Below, one piece after another: positions 41,078 to 54,420 of a stretch of DNA of 64,000 bases. A program made the position numbers and the translations under genes. The notes under the pieces were generated by a model. The model was not told the origin of the DNA. It made no database searches and saw nothing but the letters and a program-made list of their open reading frames with translations. The stretch lies in assembly GCF_009914755.1 (NCBI RefSeq), contig NC_060935.1. One strand, 5' to 3'. Each line of letters opens with the position of its first letter. The first letter of the stretch is position 1. Source of the stretch: the human T2T-CHM13v2.0 reference genome, Homo sapiens.

Positions 41078-41837
41078 AGCATAAGTTGAGTTCCCTTGGA
41101 AACAGACTCCCTGCAGTTGTGGCTAAGGCCGCTATTGTCCTTTCAGGGCAGTTAAACCTTCCCTCTTCCTAATCCTGCTGCCACTGTCTTTTAATGCTGT
41201 TGTTCCTAGGAGGATTCTCCCAAAACTTTTTGCCCACAGGGACTTCTAAAACTGTGTATCCTCACAAGGACCAGTCATCAGATGACAGCTACAATCTGAG
41301 CGAAGCAGCTTTCTTTAGCTGAGGGAAATTTCTGGACAAAGCTTTGTACACTCAGTAGCCAATAATCATCAGTCTTAAATGGAATAATGGTGGCTGTGAT
41401 TTTTTTGTTGTTGTTGTTGTTGTTGTATCAACTTGGCTCATTTATGGTCCTCAGTTGCTCATTCAACCAAACACTATTCTGGGTGGCCCTTTGCAGATAC
41501 TTTTTAGATATGATTAACGTTAATATGTTTAAGTTAAAAGAGATCGTCCTCAATAATGTGAGTAGTCCTGACTCAGCCAGTTGAAAGGCGTTAGAAGCAC
41601 AGCAGAGGCTTCCATAAAGAAGAAACTTTATCTGAAGATAGCACCTTAAGCCATGCTTTTAAGAATTCCCATCTACTCTTCCTGACAACCTGCCTTACAG
41701 ATTTGTGCTTTCCTAGGTAGCCCCACAATCATATAAGCCAATTTCTTGCAACACATTTCTCCAGATGTGTCTCCTACTTGTTCTACTCTTCAAGTTGAAC
41801 CCCTTCTGATACAGTGACAAACCACAACATCCATTCA
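41078..41837 (-). mobile_element. LTR16 (3' LTR of an ERVL-class provirus), interrupted by MLT2 and carrying an internal inversion
   Basis: GAGTTCCCTTGGAAACAGACTC start and CACAACATCCA end, both matching the LTR at 46009-46414. Confidence 0.7.
41395..41813 (+). mobile_element. MLT2 (C/D-like) solo LTR
   Basis: TGTGAT...TCAACTTGGCT...CTGATACA; TSD GTGGC/GTGAC. Confidence 0.8.
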
Positions 41838-44800
41838 TAATACCAGTGCTGGCTTCTTATTGTAATTAGAGCCAATTTTCTGTGCTAGCATGGTAACTCC
41901 TGTCATTTCTATCCCTGTAAGTATCTTTGCTACAAGGAGTCTTGAGTGACTATATGGGTTCCACAGATTACAGATTAATGGGACTCTTCGTCTGTCCCAG
42001 ATGGAAGTATTCCATTCCATTCACTGAGCCTAGAATTATGGAGGAGTAAGCATAGATTTCCCAAGTGGATGCCTCAGAGTGATGGTAATGAGACTATTCC
42101 TATTATTGTCTGAACATAGAATCTACATAATGGGGACACAGCACCAAACAGTAATTGTTGATTTAAGATATATGATGCATCCTGAGAGATGGCTGTAATC
42201 ATTCAGGTACCATTTCCATGTACAATTGAAGTACCTGTAAAACTTTGCTTATTGGATGTTATAACATCCAATTTGTAGATAGAACAAATAAATAATCTTG
42301 TCATTTGCCCACCATTGCACCTTTTTTGCTAATGTAGATATCTTGGTCTGATATGAGGTAATATGGTATGGATCCATGTCCCCACACAAATATCATGTTG
42401 AATTGTAATCCCCAATGTTGAAGGTGAGGCGTGGTGAGAGGTGATGGATCATGATGGTGGTTCTTCATGAATGATTTAGCACCATCCCCACTTGGTACTG
42501 TAGGTACTGTATTTTGAGTTAGTCATTGTGAGATCTGGTTGTTTGTAAAGTGTGTGGCAACTCATGCCTCTCTCTCACAGTCCTACTCCAACCATGTAAG
42601 ATATGTCTGCTTCCCTTTTGCCTTCTGCCATGATTCTAAGTTTTCTGAGGCCTCCTCTGGCCAGAATCATATTTGCTGTACAGCCTGTGGAACCATGAGC
42701 TAACTAAACCTCTTTTCTTTATAAATTACCCAGTCTTAGGTATTTCTTTATAGCAATCTGATAATGGACTAATACATGAGGTTATGTAGTGTCATGTACT
42801 TATGGATCAAACATGTTTTAAGTTATCTGAGAGTGGTGCTGACTGAGATCTGGGAAGCAGGAAAAGCAGAAACAATCCTGTGTTACATATATTCAAGATG
42901 AATTACTGACACTTCAGAGCAAAATGGTTTAATGTAATCAACTTGCCACAACAGAGCTGGTTGGTTTCCTGAAGAAATGGTGGCATTTCAAAGGTTCAGC
43001 ATTGTTCCTTTTGGCTGGAAGTCTGGATGTTCAGCAGCAGAGTAGTTACGGCAACCTTGGTGAATGAAAACACATCCCTGTGGGGCCATGTGTAACTTCT
43101 GTTCTTGACACCATTGCTATTTTGTTCATAAGCCTAGTGTACTAGCACTGAGGTGGCAGATGTCAGAGGCTGGAAGGTGTCAACTGATTGAGACATTTAG
43201 TTTATTTGGATGTGAAATCCCTTTTCCATGGTAGATACTCTCACACTTTGTACACCATTAACCCATCTATACAGTTCTTCCCTAAAACTCTTTGTCCTTA
43301 GCCTTTCATTTTTTTTTCTTTCTAAGCACTTGAGTTACAAGACAAGCCATTGAGCACTGTCTCTGATTCTACATATATTTTTACCCCAGATACTTCTTTT
43401 TCCAGTCAAATTGGGAACCAATTGATCAAACTGGTTCACTGAGAAATACTTTGCCTATTGGGAATATACTCCTTAAGCAGTGTCTTTCAAAGATATCCCT
43501 GTGTAAGGCTAAAGTGCAGCCACACTCTTGTTTTCAGCTTTCACTCACACTTTGAGTTGACCCTCTCTGATCCACATCTAGCTTTTTTCCTTCTTCATCG
43601 GCTGCTCATAGAGGAACCCCCTAAGAAGCTGCCATATGTATAAACTGCAGGAGAGTCACAGGCGCAATTATAGTGGATTATACGGGAGTTTGAGTCACAC
43701 GGTCATGCTACTTATTTGTGCTTTTTGGCTGTGTTCCACCTTGGTCCCAGACATGCCACTTTCATCTTATGATGGATGCTGTTGAACTTGCTCAAACATA
43801 TGACTTATTGACTCTGACAGAATCCAGTCTATGATGGACAGTCTGGCTGTATAGCCTGTTGATGTTCAGTAGCCAGGCACTCCATCTCTACTAGGACCCA
43901 GTCGATGCCACAGGCTATATTCTGAATAGTGTCTAATTGTCTGTTACTGATTGCGTCATCCCACTCCAGAATCCTGCAGGTTTCCATTGTGATTTTTCTA
44001 TTGGAGCTTGCCATCAACTGCGAAAGACAAGTTTCTCCAAAACAAATACCTTTGATAATTCACTGGAGGCCAAATTGTATGGCTCGTGAAAGACGGTTTC
44101 CTACATCACAGTCTGTAGATGCTAAAGAGCCCTATTCTATGCTTGATCAAACTCAAACAAGGCAGTCTTTTATACCACTCAGTAAATGGATTTGGGTCAG
44201 ATTCCAAAATGTGGAATATGGCACCTACAGAAAGTGAGGAAGTTCATTAGACATTATACTCAAATTTGAAAAGAATGTTCTGTAATGTCCCAGACCACTG
44301 GATGCCTAAAACATTACCTGATATGACAGCCCTCTGAATCTCGTTCAATGTCATTTCCAGCCCCCATTCCTGAAGTACATATCTTATCAAGGCCATCATT
44401 GTACTTGCCACACTTTCTGTGAAGCATTTCACAGTTTTCTATGAGTCTGACACCCTGGCTGCCACTCTGACCTTGCCATTTATTTTGATAATTGCACTAG
44501 CCCTCCTTCTGTCAGTTACGCATCACCACCTGGCTTCTAATATTTTATAATCCTGTGATCCCCATTGTTATCAGGGAGCCTAGTTCTAAAACTGTATCTC
44601 CTATTATTAGCCTAAGCCTCCAAAGAACAGTCACCAATTGGTTTCTTAAGAGTGTCCATGCCTCTCTCACCAGTGAACCCCTATAAATTTTTGGTAAATA
44701 GAGTGTCATCTGGATCCTTTTATGGATTGTAATCATTTGATGTATGTAGTAGGTATGTTTGGTATGCCCATTTCTCTGAGCCTTTTGATCATTTTTCCCC

Positions 44801-46008
44801 TTCTGTCATGGAAGTTCTGGAATTTCTGTTTCATTTTGTGTGGGTCTTTGCTTTCTTCAAGCTTCTAAGACAATCACAGCAATGCATGTCACAGAATAGT
44901 TTTCCCATATCAATAAATTCTCCTTTATGCAAATTTATGTTCTGTAACATCTCTCTGTGGCCCAACCACCCTAGAATCCAGTTCCTTGGTGTGTAGTCAG
45001 TTTGTGTCATATTGTCAACCTGTATGCTTGACTGTACACATTGTCAAGATTATGCAACTCCTGAATAAAGTCCTTTTCTTCTCTTGGCCAAGAATTTCCT
45101 CAGGTTATATTATGACTTAAATTGGTATGGTGGTCTACATTTTTTCTGATTGCAAGGAAAAGTATTCCTCAGTAGGGCATATGTTATTTGGTCTAGTGAT
45201 ACACTGGAGCTGGCTTGTACCAACTCATGGAAGAAAATTGTGAAGCATTTCAGAAATTTTGTGAGCCAATTGCTAAACTGTTGGTAGCTTGAAATCTCAA
45301 CTATGATGTGTTTATTTACATCATGCAAAGCAGCAAATACTACATGTCAGGGCTTTGCCCATTTGTTTGATTTTCTTCTCAGACTGTTAAGTACTTATCA
45401 GAAAACCACTGGGATTAATCGCCCTTAAGCCACAATAAAGTGAGAAACTTCAACAGTCTCAGAGGGTTCAAGAGATCCTGGGGATTTAAGATATTTTAGT
45501 TTGCCCACCCAAATGTCCCTACCCAATGTCTCAGATTCCACTTACTTCCAAATTAGATGTCTGATCTTGGTGTATCAAATTTTCAAAAGTTGAGAATTTG
45601 ACCTCTCCTGGAAATCTGCCACTGCTACAAATAAGTCATTGGCCTGATCTAAAGCTGTTTTGTCCTTTGACTAAGGAAGCTAAGAATATATTTATTGCCA
45701 AGGAAGCCCTCAGGTGGTGAAAGACTGAGTTTAAATCAATGATTAATTACTATCAGTTTTTCATAGACTTTCTATAATGTATCAATTACCCTAGCAACAG
45801 TTCTATGACTGTTTAATCCTTACAGTTACTATTCTTCAGTATTTCTCAATAGCCTGAGATATTACACCTGCTAGTGCAATTCCTTTCATCATTGCCACAC
45901 TGAATCTCATCATCCATGAATGGTTTAAAAATTCCTTTTCCTAAATGCCATTCAGCTCCAAAGTGTCATTCTAGGATCTGCCTTCCTGCTACTACTTTGG
46001 ACACTAAA
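41838..46008 (-). mobile_element. ERVL-class internal region (HERV16/ERV3-16A3-like): degraded gag and pol
   Basis: Gag-like SLVREAW...GDTVLELGSLITMG (44545-44736); RT-like VASTMMALIR...EIQRAVISGNVLGIQWSG (44247-44432); connection-like WVLVEMECLATEHQ (43829-44017). Confidence 0.75.
42359..42776 (+). mobile_element. MSTA solo LTR inserted into the ERV internal region
   Basis: 418 bp ending GGACTAATACA; perfect TSD TGAGG at 42354-42358 and 42777-42781. Confidence 0.9.
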
Positions 46009-46414
46009 TGTCACATTTTGGGTTCAAAGGGAAACAGACTCTTAGACTCTGAGATTTGCATGCAGCAGGTTTATTAGAGAGTGATTAGAGGGTTATCTCT
46101 GGAATAAATATGTGAGTGAGTGAGGAAAGCAGGACTGGGCAGAGGGAAAGGTTGATCTACAAGCTTTCATATCAGTGACCTCAGTCAATCCTATGGGGAG
46201 CTCTAGAGCTGGAACAGCCCTATAGAATTGTTCTCTATCAAGGCAAGGACCTGCACCTTTTTACTGCCCCATCAATCACTTATTGCATGATGATGGCTTT
46301 CCCAGCAAAAGATTCAAAATTAATGCATCAGCAGGCACTGCCCTTGAAAGGTGAAAAATGGAGTCACTCAGTCCTGAAGTGGTATTTGGGTGGCTCTCTT
46401 CAACATCCACTACC
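46009..46414 (-). mobile_element. LTR16A-like 5' LTR
   Basis: GGGAAACAGACTC...GAGATTTGCATGCAGCAGGTTTATT...AGCAGGACTGGGCAGAGGGA...CAACATCCACTAC. Confidence 0.8.
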
Positions 46415-46839
46415 AACAGGTAATCAAAATGTCATTAATTTAGGAATCAATTTTCATAATACTATATCTCTCATATTTGTTTATAAGAAGGGTTTGGCAC
46501 CTTAAACTAATGAGGCTTTAAAACAATATTTCGTGTTAAGAACTCAAAGATCTTTACCTTACTGTTTTGAAAAGACAAAGAAAATAGGGGTCACAGAGAT
46601 CAGCCTCTCAGGAGGTGCTCCAGGGTGTAAGTAATAGAGATCTTACAGTTTGTCTGATCTGCTGAGTAAAATGAAAAAGCCAGAAGCTGCATTATATAAA
46701 TTCAAATAGACCCTCATAATTTAGAATAAGTATTTGGTTATGTGTTAACTATAAAAAGAAATGGAATCCCAAGTTTATAATGGCCAATATACTTCCACTA
46801 TGTAAATAAGTCAGATTAGCCATGGGAATAGAAACTGTT

Positions 46840-46890
46840 ATAATGTTAATATAATTAGTCTTTTCATAATGTTAACATAATTAGTATTTT
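46840..46890. repeat. 26-bp-period tandem duplication
   Basis: ATAATGTTAA(T/C)ATAATTAGT(C/A)TTTT twice. Confidence 0.85.
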
Positions 46891-47435
46891 TGCTACAATT
46901 TTAACATTTTTGTATCCTTGCAACAGTACTCATTTGAATTACTTATTAACATTTCACAAATTTTGAGTCATGCTTCATTGAAAAAAGCTTGCTAGAAGTT
47001 TTTGATTACCAAACATGAAAATTAGATTTACTTATGTTCCTGCGATGAATTATACTTTGGAAATTCTATGCATTTTTCTCCCAAAATCAAGTAACATTTT
47101 TGATTTTGCTATTTTTTTATGGTTAGGCATAGATGAGTATTTAATCAGAAAAAAAGAGTAGTTCTACTGTTTGATATGTGTGTACAAAATATATAAATCA
47201 TACATTTCTTATGTAATTTTGTATGTGAGTGAGAAATATTTATGTGAGGAAAGTACTATTTAGTTTTGTAAAAATTATGAAAATGATCAAAATATGCTGA
47301 AATTATTCAGAAAGGTGGGAGTCTTAAGAAAATTTACTTTAAACAAAAGATTGTTAAATTTATTGATTAGAGATTTTCTAGTTAGTTGAAGTGGAAAGGA
47401 CTAGAAAGATAGAAGTGTAACTGCAAATAATGTAA

Positions 47436-47891
<456 letters not shown>

Positions 47892-49309
47892 TGAGTGCAA
47901 TAATAATTTATCCATCCACAAAAGAAAGTACACAGAGAGAATGACTAAAAGTATAATCTTTTAAAAATCTTTTTCTTATTATGTTGTAGGGACAGGGAAA
48001 TAGAAGTTGGAAACCAGAACAATATATGAAATTGAAGTTTGAGTCCATTAGAACAAAATTTTAAAAACAATGCCTGAGATATTTTGGTGCCGAATTTCTA
48101 AGTGGCTGACTTGCCCATTGAGTTTATAAACATGCATGGAGAATTGTACTTCCTCAAAATGATTTATGTGAGTAAATAGAAGGGGCCTTAGTTCTCCCTC
48201 TGAGGCAGCTAAGAAGATAAGAATTAGGGCAGATGCAGGTAAATGTGTAAGTGGGTCTGGGAGGTGATATGTATGCAAGTCACATAATCTCTTTCTGCTC
48301 TATACAAAAATGAAGGCCATCTGACCATTAGGGAGAGATGATGGCAGTAAGATGCAGAGGACTTAAGAAAAATAGTAAACATTTGGAGTAACTGTTGAGA
48401 AGAAGAGAGAAAAACAAACTATCCTTTCTAAAAATAATAATAATTATTATTAAAATTAAAATAATTGGCAAGATTGAGGGTACATACTTGGTTGGATGCC
48501 ATAAATGTATACTGAAAGCTGTTCTTCATGATATATTTATTTTCTGCAGGAATGCTTAGGAACCCCAATTTAGAGCAGCAGATATGCCATGTTACATTGA
48601 TAGAGGAGGGGAGGCTTTCTGATTAAGCAAAGACAATGGAGAAATAGGTGAAAAATCGTTGAGTCTGTGTTAGCTCAGTTTGGAAAAGATCTTAGGTAAG
48701 AGATGAGTGACATTCATATGAAGAATGCAAGACACAGTAAGATCTTCAAATGACCCATAAACATTCAAAACAAGATTAATTATTTTCACTTTTGTTTTAG
48801 TATGTGTTGAAAATATGCAATTAACTCATGGTATGCATACATTCTAATGACCTATTAACCTAAATATTCAGTCAACCAGAACATTGTATTCCCTGACCAG
48901 TCTAGATAAACAGGAATTTGATTTATGCCTCTGCCAAGATACATATTTCAGAAATCATTGAAATCCAAATCAAATCTCAAGTTTCTGTCCATAATATAAG
49001 TAACAGAAACTCTTGAGATTTGCAACGCTTTACACATACCAGAGAGCAATTAGGGAGAAGGCAAAGTAATTGAAAGGTGATCTACATTTAAATACCAAAT
49101 ACAATTACTTTTGAATTCTGCTTGAATTTATTCCATTAATTTCCAGAATCACTGTGCTCATTTTTCAAATATTTTTTAATTGAAATTTATTACTCTCATA
49201 AAGGTAAGTTACATGAGACTTTTCAGGTCACAGATAAGCCAGTTTTTTATAGTGGTGGTTGTTTTTACATATTGTCCCCAGCTCATGTTATTCTCTCCTC
49301 TAAAATGAT

Positions 49310-49550
49310 AATACTATAGCACTTATTAAATAGTTGGTATGTGCCTGGCATGGTGCCTAGAACTTTGTAAGTATTTTATCTAATTAAAACATAATATAAA
49401 TATTATTATTTACACCTTTTTTTAATATGAGGACACTAAGTCTAGGAGAAATTAACTTGTCATAATTTATGTTGCTGATAACCACTATTCTTTATCTAAA
49501 CAGGTCTAATTGATTCTAGATACCATGATTTAAACCTCTGCAATTCTACT
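49310..49550 (-). mobile_element. MIR
   Basis: ACTTATTAAATAG...TATGTGCCTGGCATGGTGC...ATGAGGACACTAAG. Confidence 0.6.
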
Positions 49551-49727
49551 GCCCTGTTCCCCCTCCCCAATTGCTTTTTGTACCCATTGAAACTTATCCT
49601 TTAAGGCAGATTGGATTTTTTTTCATCATCATCATCTTTATTTTTATCTTCCTATTAATACATTAATGTTTTCCCGGTATATAAATATTTTCCTAAAATT
49701 GTGTATATTCAAAGGCTGCTATTACAT

Positions 49728-50070
49728 TTTTTTATTTGTACATAATATTTGTATTTATTTATGGGATACATGTGATATTTTGTTGCATGCATAGAATGTG
49801 TAATATTCAAGTCAGTGTATTTAGGGTATTCATCACCTCAAGAATTTATCGTTTCTATGTGTTGGAAACATTGCAAATCTTTGCTTCCAGCTATTTTGAA
49901 ATATACAATACACCACTATTAACTATAGTCATAAACTCTGCTATGAAACATTAGAACTTATTTGTTCCATCTAAATGTATGTTTGTACTTACTTATTATC
50001 CTACCTAACTTAATCCCTCCACCTCCCACTTCCACCCCATCCCTAACAAACACATCCTTCCTACCTTCTG
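49728..50070 (-). mobile_element. L1MA 3'-end fragment
   Basis: TATTTATGGGATACATGTGATATTTTG...CAGCTATTTTGAAATATACAAT. Confidence 0.8.
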
Positions 50071-50710
50071 AACATCTGATAACAAATCTAGATCCATCTA
50101 GGATACTGGTGCTCCAAAGCTATGCAGAACAATGATCCTGCTTATTATCTTTCATGTATAGTCTGCTAGATTGTTGAATTTCTGAATTCATTTCCTGTTT
50201 ATTACCTTTCTACTTCTTTTCGCGATTTAGCATGCAGAACTCTCAAGTTTTTTTAAAAGACTTAACCTAATAAGCCAATTCTACCAGTATCCCGGATAGA
50301 ATATTCTAGATTTTAAAATATTTTTCACATAATGTATTTACGTATGATCATATATATAGATAGCTAGATAGAATTCTAAAGATTTCATATACATATATGA
50401 ATTCTTTATGTAAATTTATTTCCTGTGAGGATAAGCTTATTGAAATTAGAGTCATCCCTATATATCTGTGTGTCCTGTTGCATTACACAAAGTCTTGAAT
50501 GTATTAATGTCTTAAATAATACCTATTATTAAAATAATGCTGAAATTCACCCACATGAGATTTATTTATATGGATTGAAACACTACTTTCTCAAAAGATA
50601 GATTTTCTTTGCTGAACTAATATGATAGGGCACTATCAGTTAAACCTTCCTGTAAGATTAAATGATCATGTCCTTTCTCATGAGAAGATAAACAAGAGTA
50701 ACTTTTTAAA

Positions 50711-50753
50711 TTTTTAACTTGTATTTTAAGTTCAGGGGTACATGTGCAGGTGG
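50711..50753 (-). mobile_element. 43-bp L1PA 3'-terminal micro-insertion
   Basis: TTTTAAGTTCAGGGGTACATGTGCAGG between 16-bp direct repeats AGAGTAACTTTTTAAA (50695-50710, 50754-50769). Confidence 0.8.
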
Positions 50754-53700
50754 AGAGTAACTTTTTAAAATTTTTTTTTGATTGACACATAATAGATGTG
50801 TATATTTATGGGCTGTATGTGATAATGTAATATATTCATTCATATAAGAATCAAGCCAGTATGATTGAAATATCTCTTAGCTTAAATATTTGTCATTTTT
50901 ATGCTAGAAAAATTTGAATTAGTCTCTTCTAGTTATTTTAAAATATGCACTAGACTATTGTAAAGAATAGTCACCCTACTCATCTATCAAACACTAGGTC
51001 TTATTTCTTCTATCGAATTTTATATGTGTACCCATTAATTAACCTCTCTACATTCCCTGTTTCGCTATCCTTCATGGCCTCTGATAATCACCAGTCTACT
51101 CTCTATTTTCATGAGATTCAACTTTTTAACCCCCACGTATGACTGAGACTGAGATGAATATGATATTCATCATTCTGTGCTTGGCTAATTTCACTTAACA
51201 ATATTAACCCCCAGTTCCATCCATGTTACTACAAATGACAAGATTTTATTCTTTTTATGCCTAAATAATATTCTATTGTATATATAGAATATTGTGCACA
51301 TTTTCTTTGTTCGTTCATCAATAGGCACTTAGGTGTATTTCATATTTTGGCTATTGTGAATAATGCTGCAAGAAACAGAGTGCAGAAATCTCTTTAATAT
51401 ATTGATTTACTTTCTTTTGGGTATATATCTAGTAGTAGAAATGCTGGATCATATGATAGTTCAATTTTTAGTTTTTTGAGAAATCTTCATAAAGTTTTCT
51501 ATAGGGACTGTACTAATTTACATTTCCAACAACAGCGTACCAGGGTTTCCACTTGTCCACATCCTCATTAGCATCTGCTTTTGCTTGTCTTTTTGATAAA
51601 ACTCATTTTAACTGGGATGAGATGATATTTCATTGTGGTTTTGATTTGTATTTTTCTGGTGGTTAGTGATGTTGAGCACTTTTTCATATACCTGTTTGCT
51701 ATTGTATGTTTTTTTTGAGAAATGTCTTTTGAGATATTTTGCACATTTTAAATCAGATTATAATTATTATTATTATTTTGCTATTAAGTTGTTTTAGTTC
51801 ATTATATTTTAGGATATTAATGCTTTGTCAGATGAAGCATTTGCAAATATTAATATTTTCTCATTCTGTGGCTTTTCTCTTCATTGATGGTTTTCTTTAC
51901 TGTGCAGAAGCTTTTAAGCATGATACAATCCCATTTAACTATTTTGTTTAATTGTCTGGACTTTTGCAGTCTTATGCAAAAATTGTTTGCCTACACCAGT
52001 GTCCTGGAGTGTATACACAACATTTTCTTCTAGTAGTTTCATAGTTCCACAGCATAGATTTGAGTGGTTAATCCATTTTGATTTGATTTTGGTATATGAA
52101 GAGAGATAGGTGTCTACTTTCATTCTTCAGCATATAGTTATCCAGTGTTCCCAGCAGCATTTATTTTAGAAACTTTCCTTTCTCTACTGTATGTTCTTGG
52201 CTCCTTTGTTGAAGATGAGTTGGCTATACATGTATGAATTTATATCAGAATTCCCTATTCTGTTTCTTGGTCTATGTGTCTGTTTCTATGCCAGTAATAT
52301 GCTACAGCTTTGTAGTATATTTTGAAGCCAGATAATGTGATGCCTCCAGCCTTGTTCTTTTTGCTCAGGATAACTTTAACTACTCAGGGTCTTTTGTCAT
52401 AACATATAAATTTTAGAATTTTTTTTCCTATTTCTTTGAAGAATGTTATTAGTATTGTAATAGTAATTTCACTGAATCTGTAAATTGCTTTGCTTTGTAT
52501 TGCCATTTTAACAATATTAATTTTTCCAATCCATGAGCATAGAGTGTCTTTTCATTTTTTGTGTCCTGTTTAATTCTTTCACTAGTGTGGCATAGTTTTT
52601 CCTTGTATACGTCTTTCGCTTCTGCAGTTAAATTGATTCCTAGGTTGTGATTTTTTTTTTTTTTTTTGCTAAGTATTATAAATGGGATGCTTTTTAAATT
52701 TCCTTTTCTGATTGTTTGCTACTGAAATATTAGGGGCTAGTGATTTTTTTATGTTAATTTTGTATCCTGCCACTTTACTGAAAATCAGTTCTGACAGGTT
52801 TTGGGTGATGTCTCTAGGTTTTTCTAAATATAAGGAGATATCTATGAACAAGGCTAATTTGACTTCTTTCTTTCCCATTTGGATGCCCATTATTCCTTTC
52901 TTTTTCCTAATTGCCCTTGCCAGGGCTTCCAGCATTATGTTGAAAAACAATTGGTGAAAGTGGGCATGCTTTTGTTTTTCCAGATCTTAGAGAAAAAGCT
53001 TTTTTTTTCCATTTTCACTGTTCAGTATGTTAGATGTGGGTTTGCCATATATAGCTTAATGAGCGTTTTCATCATAAAGGGTTGTTAAATTATACTGAGT
53101 GCTTTTTCAGCATCTGTTGAAATGATCATATAGTTTTTGTTCTTGTTTTTGTTAATGTGATATATAATGGTTATTGATTTGCATAAGTCGAACCATCCTT
53201 GCATTCCTGGGATGAATCCCACTTGATTATGGTGAATGATCTTTGTAATTTGTTGTTGAATTTGGTTTTCTATGCTTTTGTTATTTTTCATTTATGATCA
53301 TTAGTAATATCGGTTTCTACTTTTCTTTTTGTGTGTGTGTCCTTGTCTGCTTTTGGTAATACAGTAATTCTGGCATCATAGAATAATTTTGTAAGTATTC
53401 CCTCATCTTCAATCTTTTTGAAGAGTTTGAATAGAATTTGTATTTGTACTTCTTTAAATGTATGGTAGAATACAATAGTGAACACATCAGATCCTGGGCT
53501 TTTCTTTGATGGAAGCCATTTTATTGTTTCTTCAATCCTATTTCTTATTAGTTTATTGAGATTTTCTATTTTATCATGGTTCAATCTTGGTGGGTTATGT
53601 GTTCAGGAATTTATCCATATCTTCCAGGTTTTCCAATTTGCCAGTATATGTTGATGTATGGTTGTTCATAATAGTTGTCAATGATTCTTTGTATTTCTGT

Positions 53701-54063
53701 GATCTTAGTTATATCTTCTTTTTCATTTCTGATTTTATTTATTTGGGTCTTCTCTTTTATAATTTGTTAATCTAGCTCAAGGTTTGTAGATTTTTTTTCT
53801 TATCTTTTCAAATAACCAATTATTAATTTTGTTGTCCTTCTGTATTTGCTTTTATTCTCAATTTTATTTATTTCTGCTCTGATATTTATTATTATTTTTC
53901 TTCAGTAACTTTGGATTGTATTTGGTCTTGATTTCCTAGTTATGTTGTTTATTGAAAACAACTTTCTACTTTTTTGATATAGGTGATTATTGTTATAATC
54001 CTCTTAGTATTGTTCTTGCTATATCCCATAGATTTTGGTTTGTTATATTTCCGTGCTAATTTG

Positions 54064-54420
54064 TGATATGGTTTGGCTCTGTGTCCCCACCCAAATCTCA
54101 TCTTGAATTATAATCCTCATTTGTTGAGGGAGGAAAGTGATTGGATAATGGGGGTGGTTTTTTCCATGCTGTTTTCATGATAATGAGTGAATTCTCATGA
54201 GATCAGAGTGTTTTATAAATGGTAATTTTTCCTGCACGCACATTTTCTCTCTCTTGCCTCTTGCTATGTAAGGTGTGCCTGCTTTGCCTTCTGCCATGAT
54301 TGTAAGTTTTCTGAGGCCTCCCTAGCCTTGTGAAACTCTGAGTCAATTAAACCTCTTTCCTTTATAAATTACCAAGTCTTGATGGTTATCATAATAGCGG
54401 TGTGAGAATGGACTAATACA
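54064..54420 (+). mobile_element. THE1D-like solo LTR inserted in L1MA ORF2
   Basis: TGATATGG...GGACTAATACA, 357 bp, perfect TSD ATTTG. Confidence 0.9.
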
